From the IMG/VR virus record IMGVR_UViG_3300020161_003007, positions 1-57,911 of that record: a stretch of DNA of 57,911 bases. The stretch is one strand, 5' to 3'. Shown piece after piece: positions 56,021-57,911 of this stretch. The position numbers were made by a program, and so were the translations under genes. The DNA comes from a virus (taxonomy: Duplodnaviria; Caudoviricetes). The notes under the pieces are model-generated. The model worked only from the letters and a program-made list of their open reading frames with translations, was not told the origin of the DNA and searched no databases. Within the stretch, counting starts at the first letter, position 1; each line of letters starts with the position of its first letter.

Positions 56021-56770
56021 TTAAGCTGCCTTCATCATAAAAGTAGGATACTTCACAAAACCAGTCGTATCTTTTTTTGCCTTACCTTTGGCATACAGAC
56101 CGACCACCACATTTTTTGGATCTAGAAAACGCAAATCACTTTCATCGCCATTGAAAACTTTCATACCGTTCCACATCTCAGGCATCGGCGAATTCTTTTT
56201 AATACCAAACACCGTTGCAACATTCATACCTGCACGAATCGCATTGAGAGTATCAAGAGCATTATCATCAGCTTCAGAGAAGGTCAAATGATAATTGGCA
56301 ATGCCGTTCACTTTGCGACCAAGAATTTTGGTGTAATCGTAGAATTGGACTTCACTAAACGCCGCAAAAATGTTACGATACAATTTACCATCACGAATCA
56401 CTTCGTATTTTTCCCAGGCAAGATCAGATGTGCCATTCAAACGAAAAACAGGAACCAGATTCTTCTTAACACATTGTTTGATTGCTAATTCAATGTCTTT
56501 GACCAATTGCACCATAAACTCAGCACGATTCTCAAAAAAGAATTTTGTTTTACGAATACGAGCCTGCTGAATTGCATTGGTCGTTTCGCCTTTTTTAATC
56601 ATACCGCCACGACCTGAAGTGTTCAAACAAGCCGTGGTACAACCTTTGGTACGCTTTGCACACACCTCATAACCTGAGAGGTTCGCAGGTGCAAGGTGTA
56701 GAATATAGGTCATATAACCTTGTTTCATACCTTTGAGAACTTTGGGATTGCCAATCGATAATAATTTCAT
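56021..56770 (-). CDS. GP88-like Cys-cluster protein
   Basis: C....GC...CL..SGRG; RLNGTSD; FYDYTK; NYHLTFS; GD..DLRF.D...VGL.AKG.A. Confidence 0.7.
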   Translation of the reverse strand: MKLLSIGNPKVLKGMKQGYMTYILHLAPANLSGYEVCAKRTKGCTTACLNTSGRGGMIKKGETTNAIQQARIRKTKFFFENRAEFMVQLVKDIELAIKQCVKKNLVPVFRLNGTSDLAWEKYEVIRDGKLYRNIFAAFSEVQFYDYTKILGRKVNGIANYHLTFSEADDNALDTLNAIRAGMNVATVFGIKKNSPMPEMWNGMKVFNGDESDLRFLDPKNVVVGLYAKGKAKKDTTGFVKYPTFMMKAA

Positions 56771-56777
56771 ATAAATC

Positions 56778-57047
56778 TCACATTGAAAAATAAGTTTCGG
56801 AAGAAGGCGAGCAATAATACGGTGTATCGTAACGCTCTTTAAATTCTACGCCGGTCAGTATATTTGTTTTTGTGACCATTGTTTCAAAAATTACATAACG
56901 AAATTCTTCGCCGCCATATTGCTTGGCCATTTCTTTTTCTAGACCATCTTTTGTGACATTGACAAAATCAAATTTTGCTATCATCCGTTCGCCTCTGTGA
57001 CAGCGCCGGTCTGTTTTGAAAATTTCTACCGTATAATCGTTTCGCAT
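56778..57047 (-). CDS. Hypothetical early protein
   Basis: 89 aa; ends DTPYYCSPSSETYFSM; GAGG RBS. Confidence 0.75.
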   Translation of the reverse strand: MRNDYTVEIFKTDRRCHRGERMIAKFDFVNVTKDGLEKEMAKQYGGEEFRYVIFETMVTKTNILTGVEFKERYDTPYYCSPSSETYFSM

Positions 57048-57077
57048 AATATAACCTCTCTCAATTTCAATAGGACC

Positions 57078-57106
57078 ATTATACTACAGGTTGGCAAGAA
57101 TGTCAA
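57078..57106 (-). promoter_or_regulatory. Consensus sigma70 early promoter
   Basis: TTGACA-17 nt-TATAAT(GGT). Confidence 0.85.
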
Positions 57107-57160
57107 GGGGGTGTGTTGCATAAAAACAACACTTCCAGGCGCAGGTTAGTGAACACTCAC

Positions 57161-57499
57161 TTACCTTCTCATATTCGCCTGATCCTTCGCTTCTTCATCC
57201 GTGAAAATCGGTACAGCATTTGATTTGTGCAAAGTGCCAATACCTTTCATCTTATCACCTGTGTATTGCATAACATTCTTTTTGTAAGTATTGTATTCGG
57301 TGCTGTTGAGTGACGGATATTGCGGTGTTTCACGGCGATAAGGTTTAGGTTGTAAAGAATTTAACGCCAATTTTTCACCTTGTGTTTTTGACTTTGGTGC
57401 ATATTTGGTTATCAATTCTTCCCACTCTCTGGCAAGCTCACGCTGCTTGGCTGTGGGCTTGCGCTTTCTGGATCGTTGATGAGTGTAAATGATTGTCAT
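57161..57499 (-). CDS. Conserved phage hypothetical protein
   Basis: YTGD.M.GI.T.HKSNAVP motif; start moved to MTIIYT. Confidence 0.7.
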   Translation of the reverse strand: MTIIYTHQRSRKRKPTAKQRELAREWEELITKYAPKSKTQGEKLALNSLQPKPYRRETPQYPSLNSTEYNTYKKNVMQYTGDKMKGIGTLHKSNAVPIFTDEEAKDQANMRR

Positions 57500-57500
57500 A

Positions 57501-57686
57501 TTAGCAAATAGGATCTTGCACTTCAATATCGAGTAAATCTTTTTCTTGTAAAGTAAAACTAATGTAATTAGCAAGTTTATCTGCGGTCAAAGGAAACAAA
57601 AACTCGGACATTGTCCTCATTTCTTCATCAGTCATTTCATTGATTTGACTAGCGATACGAATAACATCTAATGAACTTAAAACCAT
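57501..57686 (-). CDS. Hypothetical protein
   Basis: 61 aa; GGAG RBS. Confidence 0.65.
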   Translation of the reverse strand: MVLSSLDVIRIASQINEMTDEEMRTMSEFLFPLTADKLANYISFTLQEKDLLDIEVQDPIC

Positions 57687-57701
57687 AATATAATCTCCAA
57701 A

Positions 57702-57911
57702 TTAAAATGCAATAGATTCAAAACTATAAGGCGCAACAAACTTCATTACACCATCTTCACGCTTTATAACATCACCAACCGATACCGAGTGCATTTCATC
57801 AATGCGAGTAATTTTTTCTTCAGGACCAATGTTGCCAATTTGAAACACTTCTTCAAAATCGTCAGCATCAATCTCTGCCACTTTAACATACAGACCACTT
57901 GCTTTCTCAAT
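57702..57911 (-). CDS. YodL-like domain protein (5' end truncated by window edge)
   Basis: ...EEVFQIGN...MHSVSVGDVI...; frame open to the window edge. Confidence 0.55.
   Translation of the reverse strand: MEKASGLYVKVAEIDADDFEEVFQIGNIGPEEKITRIDEMHSVSVGDVIKREDGVMKFVAPYSFESIAF

Noticed and set aside
1-57911. Stop-codon reassignment
   Set aside because: Core genes are full length in the standard code, and TAA, TAG and TGA all serve as normal stops.

Overview
This 57.9 kb AT-rich window comes from a large T4-like myophage, probably an uncultured aquatic phage of a proteobacterium. It contains no cellular housekeeping genes. From left to right: (1) 1-19 kb holds fibre and accessory virion genes built from Asn/Ala heptads, a novel repeat protein, and three RCC1-repeat genes next to a methyltransferase / TPR-glycosyltransferase / CxxCxxCC operon; (2) 19-44 kb is the baseplate and tail block (split VrlC/DUF4815-like pair, gp8, gp7-like, gp6, gp25, PAAR, gp5, hub, gp53, gp48, gp4, gp2, gp54-like, gp26, gp51, tape-measure-like protein with a lysozyme domain); (3) 44-48 kb has gp32, a HAD nucleotidase, gp59, gp33 and a SleB-like hydrolase; (4) 48-58 kb is an early/accessory region. 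The most notable observations are: a tightly coupled four-gene lipid operon (AcpS-type PPTase, acyl carrier protein, membrane desaturase, FabF-type ketosynthase); an adjacent circularly permuted two-piece tmRNA gene missed by the ORF track, with alphaproteobacterial RNA signatures but an ANDERFALAA tag; a candidate -1 programmed frameshift fusing gp26 to gp51 just upstream of the tape-measure-like gene; and a consensus sigma70 promoter inside the late region, paired with an RBS-occluding hairpin. All calls come from motif recognition by eye. No database searches were run.
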